Below are positions 51,420-64,000 of a stretch of DNA of 64,000 nt, piece by piece. The DNA comes from Octopus sinensis (taxonomy: Eukaryota). Location: contig NC_043005.1 of NCBI RefSeq assembly GCF_006345805.1, positions 62,682,001-62,746,000 of the forward strand. Direction: 5' to 3'. The translations under genes and the position numbers were made by a program. The notes below the pieces were generated by a model. The model worked only from the letters and a program-made list of their open reading frames with translations. It was not told the DNA's origin and did no database searches. Every line of letters starts with the position of its first letter. Position 1 is the first letter of the stretch.

Positions 51420-52060
51420 AAAATGTGCTACGAGGGTGATGAGATGAGGAAAGCTTGTCAGAAGGACAGTATGTCGAGTGGTGAAATGATGAAGGCTATT
51501 GAAACTCAGTCCAGTTACAAAATATCTGGGAATACTTGAGGTAAATGGAATTGCATACAATAATATGAAATAAAAGACAAAGAAAGAGTACCTGTGGTGA
51601 GTGAGAAAAATATTGACTTCAAAGTTGAATGCCAGAAACAATTTTGGCAATAAACTTATGCACAGTTGCAGTAGTTTGGTATGGTGCTGGAATCCTGAAA
51701 CGGACAAAGGAAGAGCTAAAGAAGTTGGACAGGAAACAAGAAAGCTCCTAATGATGCATGGAGTTCAACATCCACATGCAGACACTGACCAGCTATACCT
51801 GAAGAGAACAAATGGAGGAAGAGGACTGATAAGTGTGGAAAATTGTGTATGTATCGAACTTGAGAGCTTAATGAGATATCTAGCCCAAAGTAAGAAAACC
51901 TTGCTAGTGTCATTTAGGAATGAGGGAGTATTGAAAGCAGAGGAAAAAAAAGGAAAAACAAAGGAAGTACAAAAAGGACATGCAGAAACATTATGTAACA
52001 AGGGACTACACCATCAATTTCATGTGGCTATAACAGAAATTGCTGGAAAACTTAGGTAGG
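51420..52060 (+). mobile_element. RLE-type fragment (post-RT region)
   Basis: KYLGILEVNGI; RKILTSKLNARN; HPHADTDQLYLKRTNGGRGLISVENC. Confidence 0.75.
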
Positions 52061-52169
52061 ATTGGCTGAAAGCAGTAAAACAAAAATTGAAAGAATTTGA
52101 CAATTTTATCATGTATGTGCCACTGTAGTTGTAGCAGAAGTAGTAATCTAAGAGGTTAGTCACATCAGG

Positions 52170-53730
52170 TCAACCCAGAACAGACAAATACAATAAAGTT
52201 AAAGATGAATAGAAGATCACATCAAGAGATTGAGACAGGAAGCTAGTCAACAACAATTTCTCAAAGAAAGTTACACTAATTAAAACACTAAAAAAGAAAG
52301 ACAATGTGTAAAGGGAAAAGAGGGAATGAATGTTGTAATTGAAGAACTGCAGTAAAGCATTGCTGTAATGTAACTAAAATAAAATGACACGAGAGTGAAG
52401 GACATAAGTTCCAGCAGAACTTCAAAATATAAAAAAAAAAGTTTGAGAAGCTGAAGGAAGTAGAAAGATAGAATGATAAAGTGTCAGATGTATAGAGAAG
52501 TGAAAATGTTTAGAGTGATATATGAAATAAGAAAGGTGTCCATAATACAGAGGTTTAGGTGATTCGAAAAGCAGAAAATGAATTACGATTAGAACAACAG
52601 GTCAAACTGAAAACCACTCTTGTCAAAACTGAAAAAGAATTATATACCTTTGTTAAATCAGTGAGAGTCTTTAATAACAGCATCAGAATAAAGTCTGATA
52701 TTTGTAAGTGTGGGTATAAGAAGAAGGCATGAGAATTGGATGGTATAAGGAATGGAATGATGAAAAGCAAAGATTAAGGAGAACTATTTCTAAAGGATAA
52801 GGAGGTTATTAAAATTCAAAAGCTAATTATATAAATAACATCAAACTCATAAACCTAAGAGTAGTATTCATTATCAGATGTTATAAAGGAATAATAATCA
52901 AATGGGGAACGGAAGCTCTTCAAAATATAATAAAGTAAAAAAAAAAAGGGAGTTGACAACAATCTATAGAGCCTTATACTCACATGCAGAGGTCAATAGC
53001 CTATTGTTACAACAGAAAAGTGGTTAGATACCTAACGCTATTTATGTAGCTTGATCTCAAGTAATTAAACTCCTGCAGAATGACAATTTAATACTGAATG
53101 GAAAAAAATATAATAATAATGCAAATTATGCTCTGAGAGGATGAGGGAAAGCATAACAATGTCACTAGATGGTACACTAGGTATTATTTAAAAGTTTTGA
53201 TTGGAAAAGGTGAGAAACAGTATGAACATGATCCAGAAAGTGTGGTGGAAAATAATAGCAAGTCAAAAATATTTTGGGACTTCATGATCCAATGTGGTCA
53301 TGGAATTGAACATTGGAAACCCAATACTGTACTTGTAAACAAGGGAGAAAAATTGTACCTGATCATAGACATTGAGAGACCTGGTGATAGTGGGAATTGT
53401 CAAACAAAGAAAAATGACAAGATATGTATCTCTTGAGTGAAATCAAAATCTGTAGTCAATATAAAAAGTAAAAGGTATATATTGCACCAATAATTGCTGG
53501 TACCTTAAGTACAGTGAGCAAAGAAACTGAAAAGTGGTTGGAAAAGATAGGAATAAAAATTAAAATAGAGCACATCCAGAAAACAGCATTACTTGACAGT
53601 GCAAAGAGTCTCTGCACAGTTCTTGAGAATTGTAGAAAGCATTCCAACATAGTTTATGGGAAGAAAATGAGTGGTCCATTAATGACGCCTCCAGCAACAA
53701 ACTTAGTATATCAGATACAATACGACTAAT
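52170..53730 (+). mobile_element. RLE-type element 3 (mosaic of pre-RT and endonuclease segments)
   Basis: VIEEL.; YEHDPESVVENNSKSKIFWDFMIQC.H.IEHWKPN; IAPIIAGTLST (53481); IQKTALLDSAKSL. Confidence 0.72.
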
Positions 53731-53737
53731 AATGATG

Positions 53738-53935
53738 CTTTCTGATTTAGTTACAAGGTCAGTCATATTGTGAGGCAGAGTGTAGTTTTTATCATCAACT
53801 CTAGTACTTGACAGGTACTTTATTTTATTGACCCTGGAAGAATGATGAAAATTTGCCTTGACAGGATTTGAACACAGAAAGTAAAGAGCCAGAAGAAATA
53901 CCGTAAAGCATTATGTTCAATGTTTCAACAAGACT
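53738..53935 (-). mobile_element. Decayed SINE family B
   Basis: tctagtacttgacaggtactttattttattgaccctggaagaatg matches the SINE B core. Confidence 0.65.
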
Positions 53936-54032
53936 ACTCTAATACTGATGATTATGATGAGATGATGAAATTACTACTACAACATGTAACAACAACAACA
54001 ATGGTAGTAGTAATAATAATAATAATAATAAT

Positions 54033-55339
54033 GTTTAGGGATTTGGAGCTGGTTTACATTCTACACTGAGAAATGAAAGTCAAGGTCAGCAAAGCATATA
54101 AAAAAAGGGCGAAGCTGGTGATGAAATCCAACCTGAATGCCAAAAATTTGATTACCGCAATGAATATCTGGGCAGTTGTGGTGGTCAGATGTAGTATGTC
54201 CATCCTCAAATGGACTAAGGAGGAAATATCAACACTGAATAGAAGGATGAGAGAGTTGATGACACGGCATGGGGCACTACACCCTAAAGCAAATGTAAAT
54301 AGACTATATGAAAAGAAAGAATAGTGGCAGAGATCTAATTGTATAAGGAGAGAAAGAAGAACACTTGGCGAGTATTTGATAAATGGTGATGAAGACCTGC
54401 TGCAATATGCCACGAAAGATATGGGTGTAAATGCTTATGAAATGATGGGTAAGGAAGAGTTTAACCAAAGAACTGAGAAGAGAAAAGAAGACCTTCTTGA
54501 AATGAGAATGCATGGACAGTTTGAACGGAACACACAGAACATGGAGGAAAATAGAGCATCATGGACATGGCTTGAGTGAGGTGATTTGAAGCATACTGCT
54601 GAAAGCCTGATCATTGCTGCACAAGACATGGCTCTCGCTACCAAGTCAATGAAGTATAACATCTATAACACTTCTGACACCCAGAAATGCAGACCTTGTG
54701 GAAAGAGTGTGGAAAATATGTGACCCACTTGGTAAATGGATGTAAGAGCCATGCACAAAAGGAATACAAGTACCACCACGATAAAATGTGTGTGTGTATC
54801 TTCATTGGCTCTTTTGCCGTAAATACCAATATGATGTATCAGAGAACTGGTATGAGCATGTACCAAGTAAAGTTATGCAGGAGGATGGAAAAGTAATGAT
54901 GCTCTGGGACTATTATTTCCAGACAGATCATGTAATCGAACACCGTCAGCTGGGTATTATGTTGAATAAGAGAGACAAATACTGTCATAGATCATTGATG
55001 TAGCCATACCAAATTACATGAATGTTGTAAGTAAAGAAGTTGAAAATATCACCAAGTACTCCGAATTGGAAGTGGAAATGGCAAGACTGTATGCAATGTG
55101 AGAGGGTAATGTGAAAGTGATACCAGTGGTGATTGGAGCATTGGGCTCAATCCCATTGAAATTTCAAGACATCTTAAGGCAACTGGAAATCCCATGCAAC
55201 ATTGATATCTTGCAAAAAGAAAGCCTTACTGGGCATAGCGCACATCTTAAGCAAAGTATTATCTGTCTGAGGTCCTTGTTGTGACTTGACAGATGACTAA
55301 AGACTCCAGTGCATTTTTACCTATACTGTATTACGAAGG
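54033..55339 (+). mobile_element. RLE-type element 4
   Basis: Begins right after (AAT)n. HGALHPKANVNRLY; LIIAAQD; CRPCGK; HHD; WDYYFQTDHVIEHR; VIPVVIGALGS (55117). AAT tail at 55340-55359. Confidence 0.85.
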
Positions 55340-55359
55340 AATAATCATAATAATAATAA

Positions 55360-55787
55360 AGCTCAGAAAATATAAAGATCTACAAATCGAAATCAAAAAG
55401 ATGTGGCATCTCAAAATGGTTACAATACCAGTGATTGTAGGAGTACTTGGAATGATCAATAAAGGAACTGAAAATTATTTAAGAATGATCTCTGGCTTAC
55501 TATCCATGCAGGAAGTGCAGAAGATTGTCTTAACTGGTAAATCACACATATTGAGAAGTGCATTGTTGCTGTGAATTTTCTTTCCTTTTGTCCCCATTTA
55601 TTTGTTTAGTTTTCCATTTTTTATTTTTTCGTTTTCCTCTCTGTCTTCCCCTTTTTCTCTATCACATGACTTTGTAAATGAACAATCTGATGTGTTTATT
55701 TTGATGACTACCAATGTATACAGTACATTTCTCTAGGTGTCAGGAAGACACTTGGCAAGAAATGGAAACTGAATTGAAACAAGATGC
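55360..55787 (+). mobile_element. RLE-type element 5 (short 3' end + UTR)
   Basis: KLRKYKDLQIEIKKMWHLKMVTIPVIVGVLG..VQKIVLTGKSHILR. GAT/AAT tract at 55788-55836. Confidence 0.85.
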
Positions 55788-55899
55788 TAATGATGATGAT
55801 GATGATAATAATAATGATTATGATGATGATGATGACTATATCACCAGTGAAAAAAAGGTATATTTTAAGGTGACTGCCTGCCTGCACTGACTTTTGTAC

Positions 55900-57470
55900 T
55901 ATGCATGGTACCTCTAACAATGATTCTAAGGTTGAGTATGAGTTCAAGGGTTACCCACAAAAGGTTAACTACTTCTTATTCATGGACGACCTCAAGCTTT
56001 GTATTAAGGAGGAATCTCAGATAAGTTCCTTCATTGGTTCAGTGTTTATGTTCAGTGCTGACATCAGATTGCTGGTCAGATTGAAAAAGTGCAGTGTGTT
56101 AGTCTTGAACAGCAGCAAAATTAAATGCACTGTTGAATTGGTGATGCCATTAGGGAAGGTTATGAAGCATATAGAAGTGGCATACAGAAGTACTTGAGGA
56201 TGTTGGAAATAGATGAAGTAATAGAGGAAATGATGGAATACTAGTGCAGACTGAGGCTTTTCCTCAAGTCAAAATAGAATGGATGGAATAATACTGAAGC
56301 TAACAACACATGGGCTGTTTTGCTCCTTAGATATGGGGCAGGGGTAATTGCATGGATAGTAGAAGAACAAAACAGCTTAGACTGAAGGACAAGAAAGCAA
56401 TTGACAAGATATGGGGTATTTCATCCAAAGAATAAGTGACAGATAGACTGTATGTACCAAGAATAAGAGAAGAGGACCAACTAGGTGCAAGCACCACATT
56501 AGAGCAGAAGAAAACAGCATGGTATGGTACAAAAATGCTATGGAACTACTATTGTTGAAAGTAAGAATGTTAGGCCTGTGCTACTTTGAAGATTGCGAAG
56601 ATAAAACACAGTACAAGCATTTATTTGAGGATGGATGAAATTGAAAATAGATGGATAGAGAAAAGAATGTATGAAAAATTCCAGAGATGTTGAAGATAGA
56701 ACAGGCAAAGAAAAATGTGGTTATGGTTTAAAGTGATTAAAAACTGGAAATTTTTAAAGTCACTTTTACAGGTTAATGCTTGCTCTAGAGAAAGTATTAA
56801 GAACCAATTACATCAAGCACAGAAAATAACACAGAGCAGGAAGCAACAAGTATAGAATTTGTGGAAAATTATCAGTCAATATACATAACTAGTTCATAAA
56901 GAAGATAATATGTGACAAGACAATATAGCAAGGATAGTCCATTGGACACTTTGCAACAAGTATGGACTTGACAGAACAGAAAATTGGTATGAACATAAAC
57001 CTGAAGACATTAGAGAAAGTGATAATACAAAGATCCTGTGGGAATTTATGATTCGGTGTGACCATGAGAGAGAGCAAAGGAAACTGGATATAGTGATAAC
57101 TAAGAAAGAAAGCAAACAGTGATGGATAATAGATGTAGCATACCCAGCTGACAACAATGTATGTAATAAAAAAGAAAAAATTTAATAGATAATGACAGGT
57201 TAGCTTGGGAGGTTAAGCAATGTGGTTGTTGAAAACTGTGATAAAAATACCAATAACTGTCAGAGCCTAACAAGCAATAAATAAAGATCTTGAGAAGTAT
57301 ATTGAACAAATATGGGTTGCAATAAGGGTGGAGTATTTGCAGAAAATAACATTGTTTGGAACAGCTTTAATACTTCAGAGAATGCTTGAAAAGTAAAGGG
57401 TACTGTCTCATTTCACTGGTAGTAAATGGCTGATACTCTAATACACCTCCAGAGTTAGAAAGCATGCAAA
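55900..57470 (+). mobile_element. RLE-type element 6
   Basis: VNYFLFMDDLKL (FMDD at 55979-55990); YEHKPEDIRESDNTKILWEFMIRCDH; LQKITLFGTALILQRML. Confidence 0.82.
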
Positions 57471-57519
57471 AAATAATGATAATAAATGATATGAACATGA
57501 AAGATAGGGCATCAATGAG

Positions 57520-57875
57520 AACAATAAATATAAGCTCCTGTGGGATTTTACAAATTAATGTGACTCCCTAATCGATGTTCAGAGAACAGACATTGTTGTG
57601 GTAGATAAAGAAAAATCAAACCAAGATCACAGATATTGCCATATCAGGGGTTGTATGCATAGATGGCAAAGGGCTGGAAAAGAAATGCAGAATACTAAAA
57701 GATAAAATTTCAAGAATGTGAGGATTTTGAGATAGGTACTTGGACATTAAATAACTTAATATCCAGTGATACTTAACATCTAGGTACCATGTCTTAAAGA
57801 CCTTTGGCAACAGATTTCTGTCTGCTCTCACAGAATTAACCAGTGCAAGGAAGATTGAGAGCTCTGAGAAGTGAA
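57520..57875 (+). mobile_element. RLE-type element 7 (endonuclease fragment)
   Basis: WDLQIN; HREQTL/RTDIVVVDKEK..ITDIAISG; decayed PVI.GxLGT at ~57760. Confidence 0.6.
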
Positions 57876-57889
57876 ATATAATAACAAGA

Positions 57890-59720
57890 CCTGGATATAC
57901 AGGAGGACATTGTCATCCCATTGGAAGATATTCAAGCCAGAGTTGGTAAGATGAAAAGTTGGAAGGCAGACAGAATGGAACTAGTTCAGGGTTTCTGGCT
58001 CAAAGGTTTGATGAATTTACATCTTAAACTACAAAACCTCCTGAAAAGCTGTATACACCAAGGAATTGTACCAGAATGAATTGTTGATTCAGAAGGACCC
58101 ACTCAATGGTGCTCTGACCAGTAACTATTGTCCAATTGCTTGTTTACCTATGATGTGGAAGCTTCTAACTTGGATAATAGAAAAGAAACTGTATGGTCAT
58201 CTTGAAAGAAATGAACAGCTAGCAGATGAACAGAAAGGGATTACAAGGAATAAAGGATCAGTTGCTGGTTGATAAGGCAATTGTTAGGAACCATCAAAGA
58301 AGGTTGACAAGCATATCAATGGCGAGGACTGACTATAAGAATGCATATGATATGGTTCCTTGTGGATTCTGAAATTCCCAGAGATGATCAGGGCAGTGAA
58401 AAATTTGATTTATTTGCTTAAAATTAGTATGAGAAACTAGAAGACAGTTTTTAATGCTTGTGGAAGAAGAATTGGAGAAGTTGACACCAAGAGGGGAATC
58501 TTTCAAGGTGACTCAGTATCACCTGAGATGTTTGTTGTTTCTATATTATTGCACTCCATGGTTTTGAGAAATATGGGTGCTGGTCACAAACTGCAGAAAA
58601 ACATGAAACTAATTAGTCACCTGATATTCAGGAATGATCTTAAACTTTATGGAGCTAGCAGAGGTCAATTAGGTTCCCTTATTCAATCTGTACGAATTTT
58701 CTCACAAGACATCCAGTTGGCATTTGGTATAGAGAAATGCACTATTATTGAACTGAGGAGAGGGCAAAAGTAGAGATCAAAATGATGAGTGGATAAGAGA
58801 AGTGAACAGAGAGGGTTACATCTTGGTGTTTTACAACTAGGCCAAATGTTGAACACCAAGATAAAGGAGGTAATTTCTGAATATATCAGCATATTTAAAA
58901 AGCTATGCCAGTCTTAATGGAGGGAGCCTGATTAAAGGCATCAGCGTATGATTTATAGGTATGATATGTTACTACACAGGAGTTGTGAAATGGACAAAGG
59001 AGGAACTTGTCAACATGGATAGTAAGAGTAGGAACGTAATGGCTATGCAAGGATGTCTTTATACAAGAAGTAATATAGCAAGGCTTTACTTACTTAGGAA
59101 GGAAGGTGGAACAGGACTTGTTGGAATAGAGGTAAATGGTGAGAAGGAGGTAAGCCCTTGCATGACTATCTGAGGAATATTGATGAAAGAATGTTGCAGG
59201 CTGTACTGAGTGAGAAGGTGATCAGTGACAATGGTGAGACCCTCCAGAATTACAATATGAGAACTAATAGAGAAAAGACCATCAACTGGAAAGAGAAAGT
59301 CCTTCACCATGAATTTTTCCAACAAACATCAGAGGAAGTTGTTAAAGAATCCTGGAGATGGTTAAGACATGTTTTTTTAAAAAGGAGACTGGACTGACTT
59401 TTCTGCCAAGTATGGATTGGCAAAGTAAAGATAATGTAGAATGTAATGATACAACGAGATCATGAAATTGAACATTGAAAGCTGGATATAGAAATGAATA
59501 AAGAGAAAAAATACTTGCTTAACCATAGATATTGCATATCCAGTTGACGAGAATGTATTGGAAAGAGAAGAGAAGTAGGCTAGATATGATGATTTGAAGT
59601 GGGTCATAAGTGTTGTCAATGATGAAGGTGAGTATTGACACTGGAGGGATTTGAACTTAGAAAGAAGTGAGTTGGAAGAAATAGCACAAAACAGTTTTTC
59701 CACTGTTCTAGCTATTCTAC
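57890..59720 (+). mobile_element. RLE-type element 8 (RT to endonuclease)
   Basis: LVQGFWLK; NYCPIACLPMMWKLLT; EQKG; RGIFQGDSVSP; HLIFRNDLKLY; RLYLLRKEGGTGL. AAT-rich tail at 59728-59760. Confidence 0.82.
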
Positions 59721-60239
59721 CAATCTAAACAATAATAATAAATATTACTACTAATAATAAACATGTTTTTCATTTATTTGGCTCCATGGCTGATTTATAA
59801 CACTAGCACAAAGACATATATTTCATGTGAATGTACACAACTGACTGCAGTATTTGATTATTATTTTATGAATCTCAGAAGGATGACTATGGAACAATTT
59901 GAAATAAGAACATAATGACATGTAACTAAATACAAAACATTTTGTCTGTTTGCCATCATCTTAATAATAATGCTGATGTTGATAATAACAGTGTTATTAT
60001 TAACTTTAAGGATTTCAAATATCACGAAAAGCTAAAAAAATAATGCAATGCATGAATACACTTGATGTTCCAAATATAAGATACAGTTCTAATATTACTA
60101 ACTAGAAATTAAGTAGATTAATAAAACTTGCTAGAAAAGATAGCATTCAATTTATACCACCTCAAAAAGACATGAAAATATTTTATTTAATGTGATCAGT
60201 GGTGGGTGTGTTCTGAAATCATAAAGCTATTCTAAAATA

Positions 60240-61100
60240 TTTATCATAAGATTACAAATATAACTAATAAAGAAAGAAGGAAAACTAAATTTGAAAAATA
60301 TAAACTTGAACAAAACAAAGAACTCTCTTCAATCATTAGATAAACCAAAAGGTGCATGATAGATGATGAAGCAACAGATGAGGGTGAGAAGAATAGGGAA
60401 TGAGGACAAAACATTTGAAAAGTGCAGATTACAAAATACCATACTTTAACATTGTTAGAAAAGCTTTTATATGAACAGAGAAATCCAGAACTCAAAACTC
60501 ATCTCAGCACAAAATCAAAACTGGCCCATTAGAAAATGCTAAAAATCTACAAGGAAGCATACTATGGAATGTAACTGCATGTCATATGACAGCTGTAAAA
60601 TATAGGCTTTCATGCAGTCTAGTTTTATATAAAACTAAAAGTTGATAGAGGTTGCGATTAAATGTACTAGAAACTATGCCACAATTTTAGAATTACGACA
60701 TGTAAATTCTAAAACATTCATATCTCACAAGATCTACAAAAATAAAACAGTTACCATATCCTGAAACATTCTAGTTAATAGACAGTGAGGTAAGAAAAAT
60801 TATTGCGAAAGAAAATAGGAGCAAAACTGTCATTCACTGGCTAACAAATATATTTGTGATAAAAAGGCAAAAACTATTCAAATATAAAACATGGAGAAAT
60901 AGCACTATTCAAAATATATCGGAAAACAAGTTACAACCCCACATAATGATAAATGCTTTGGGGATGATAAAAAGAAAAGGCAGATAAATATTTGTCCCAA
61001 ATCCCCATAACCAATACACATATACAACACAGAAAATTGTATTCTTAGGCACTGCTCCTATATTATGAAGAGTTGTCTCAATGTATTATATATGACAAAA
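60240..61100 (+). mobile_element. RLE-type element 9 (very decayed)
   Basis: MINALGMIK at ~60945 and QKIVFLGTAPIL at ~61030. Confidence 0.55.
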
Positions 61101-62101
61101 AGTACTCAACAAGAACCAAAGATGACATGTATTGAAGATTTGTACAGTTATGCTGTGATTGTTTGCAATGACAAGATTATTTGAATGAAATAATAAATAC
61201 ACTGTAGGAACCTGAGAAATTTGTTACTCTAAAACATAGGTTAACCAGTATATAGCAGCAAAAGCTAAAGGTTTCTAATAATGAGATAGCCCATTTGTTA
61301 ATGATAGTAATTTTTTCAATGGCAATAATTATATTAATTATTCATAAACAGTATTTTGTATAAAATGATCACTTTATGCATATCCATTCTTAAAACTTAA
61401 AAGAAGTAATGAGCACCACACTAAAACAAATTTATTTCATTTCAAGAATTGATAACAGTTTTAATGATTTCTTCTTTAAAATCATAACTGTTATTATAAT
61501 TGATTAGAAACCACAGATATAATATTGTCCATATGATAAGATTATTAAACAGGAAAAAAACCCCATCTAACTAAAGAAAACATTATGATGAGTTGTCAAA
61601 AGAAATTGATGTTTTAATGTCATTGATACACCCTTGCAGAAATATTGAACTTACATTTTATATGGAAGTATGCACTAAATTTTACGTTTGATAAGCTGTC
61701 TAAAATGATGAACTTCCTGTCATGCTCTCAAACTTAATAGAGCTTCCTGATTAAGTCTCCATATGCCATCAAATGCAATCTTACAAATCTTACGAAAGAG
61801 TAAAGCAATACGACAAAGGCAATAAATGTTAACCAAAAATTTACATAGTGCATAACTTTTGAGGATTCATTTGATGAAGCAATATTTAAATGCCGTGACA
61901 AAGAAGCTCTCAAATTATTGACACAACAAGTGCAGTACTAATATGGTTAAGAGGAGAAATATCACAAAAAGTAATTGAGATTTTTATTTTTTGAAAAACA
62001 GTGATATTGGTTGGTTGGTTGGCAATAAGAGCAATATTAATTTGATTTCAAACTGAAATGAAGAAACGATTGATGCTAAAGTACAGCAATATTAAAATGG
62101 C

Positions 62102-62143
62102 GTATATATATATATACACACACACATATATATTATATATATA

Positions 62144-62237
<94 letters not shown>

Positions 62238-62256
62238 TTATATATATACATATATG

Positions 62257-62301
<45 letters not shown>

Positions 62302-62375
62302 ACATACATATATCTATATACATATATGTATATATGTATGAATATATATATATGTATGAATGTATATATATATAA
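62102..62375. repeat. Compound (TA)n/(CA)n/(TATG)n microsatellite
   Basis: Direct sequence. It explains the IYIY ORFs. Confidence 0.97.
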
Positions 62376-63597
62376 TTCAGAATAAATGGATGATGCAGAG
62401 TAAATATTAAGAAATATGAGGCGAATTTACAAAGAAGTCCAACTTGATATGTGTGCACATATTTTCATGCTTCTTTGCATGCTTGATTTTGATTGCATAT
62501 AGATGTGATTTTATGGATGTATATAACAGCACAAAACACTTTTTTCACAGAAATCATGATCATGATGATAAAAATGAGATTAAATTTTATATATATTTTA
62601 TGATAGATAAAATTATATTTTGTTGTATGTATTTTGTGATAAGTAAAAAGAATTAGTGAATGATAAGGTATTTTGTTAAACACTTGTATTAAAAATCACA
62701 TTCACTATTTTGGAATACAGAATAATTTACAAAAATCAAATTCATAAAAAGTCCAAATGATAATTTCATCATTCTTAAATCTCATAAATATTCTAAGAAT
62801 TCTAGAGATGTATCAAGAAAATGACCATGCAAAATCACCTATTTTATTTGTTACATAACACAGTTTTGATATTTCATACGTTACTTTATTGTTGAAACCT
62901 TCGATAGCTCTTTTTATCATTTGAAGATGCTCATAACAATACTTGATTTATATACATAGAATTTTATAGAGAATATACATATATTTATTTATTTCATATA
63001 CACTATTTACATACTATATATTCAAAATATATATACCATGCATTCTGCTATATTATATTTGCTTACACATACACAATTGCTAACTAAACTAATACCCATA
63101 ATTTGTATGCTGCAAATGATTATGAGGATACAATAAAATATGCTTAAATTCATCATTTCAATGTTAATCAATTACCTAAAGAACAAAATGAACAGCAGTA
63201 TATACATGTGTGTGTGTGTGTGTTTGTGTGCGTAGGTATGTATACATATGTATGTATGCATATATATATATATGTTTTGAACATATACATATGTAAGTAA
63301 ATATTAAAATAATATTGCATTGATACACAAATCTAAAATTGATTCTAAACCTAGTAAAAGATGCCTTAATATTATTTAAACTTAAAAAACATATTTACAA
63401 CCTAATTATAGATAAATAAATGAATTTGTTAAAAGCTATTATCCCATGATTAGCAAATAAAGTAGAACTGGTACTAAAAACCCAGCACATTTAAAGCAAT
63501 AGAAATACTAATGAAGAATCATAAGAATTTATTAATGCTATTTTGTGTTTATATTTCATTAAAATAATAAAAAAAGTTACATATATATAACAATATT

Positions 63598-63810
63598 CTT
63601 TTCTATTCTAGGCACAAGACCAAAATTTTGGGGGAGGGGGCCAGTCAATTAGATCGACCCCAGTATGCAACTGGTACTTAATTTATCAACCCCGAAAGGA
63701 TGAAAGGCAAAGTCGACCTTGGCGGAATTTGAGCTCAGAACACAAAGACAGGAGAAATACCGATAAGTATTTCGCCTAGTGTGCTTACGTTCCTGCCAGC
63801 TTGCCGTCTT
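63598..63810 (-). mobile_element. SINE family B, well preserved, 18-bp TSD
   Basis: Minus-strand head aagacggcaagctggcagg...gagctcaaattccgcc. The TSD catatatataacaatatt is exact at 63580-63597 and 63811-63828. Confidence 0.9.
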
Positions 63811-64000
63811 CATATATATAACAATATTGATAAAACTGAGTGTGAGCAACTATACCCATATGTTACTGGATGCAAGCACATTAACTTAAAAGCAAGAGAA
63901 AAAAAATTCTTATGTTGGCTTGTGCATATTCAAATACATATTTATTATATTAGTATTGTTCCTGCTGATTTTACATATATATATTTGTGTGTGTGTGTGT

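Noticed and set aside
62058-62458. 105-aa and 84-aa ORFs, and similar IYIY, poly-L and poly-I ORFs at 775, 5785, 9230, 13910, 13950, 14501, 26744 and 28530
   Set aside because: They are read-through of TA or AAT/TTA microsatellites, which lack stops in some frames.
1-64000. CRISPR array, Fanzor/TnpB, rRNA or an intact host CDS
   Set aside because: No regularly spaced repeat-spacer units, no RuvC-like motifs, no rRNA-like sequence, and no long non-TE ORF seen.

Overview
AT-rich eukaryotic DNA, dense in microsatellites and transposable-element (TE) relics. The SINE types and repeat landscape suggest an octopus/cephalopod genome; this is recognition from memory, not a database result. I found no intact host protein-coding gene, rRNA, true tRNA or CRISPR array. 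Nearly all supplied ORFs are TE fragments, antisense shadows of them, or microsatellite read-through. Identifiable TEs: a canonical non-autonomous Helitron; three tRNA-derived SINE families, two with exact TSDs; two tandem RTE-clade LINE copies carrying a C4HC3 PHD-like finger inside the RT region; a Tx1/L1 3' fragment fused to a D,D34D mariner; a decayed CR1/L2/Jockey-group LINE; Penelope-like remnants; two MITEs; and an internally deleted Gypsy element. The dominant feature is restriction-like-endonuclease (RLE; R4/Dong-like) non-LTR retrotransposons, with about 13 separate 3' ends in the window. One young copy sits inside an (AAT)n tract (11971-13959). About nine diverged copies form a co-oriented, microsatellite-punctuated head-to-tail array over ~18 kb (43400-61100). 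A non-coding ~0.5 kb element occurs twice between (AAT)n tracts and is a candidate non-autonomous partner. Coordinates of old, decayed elements are approximate (about +/-50 bp).
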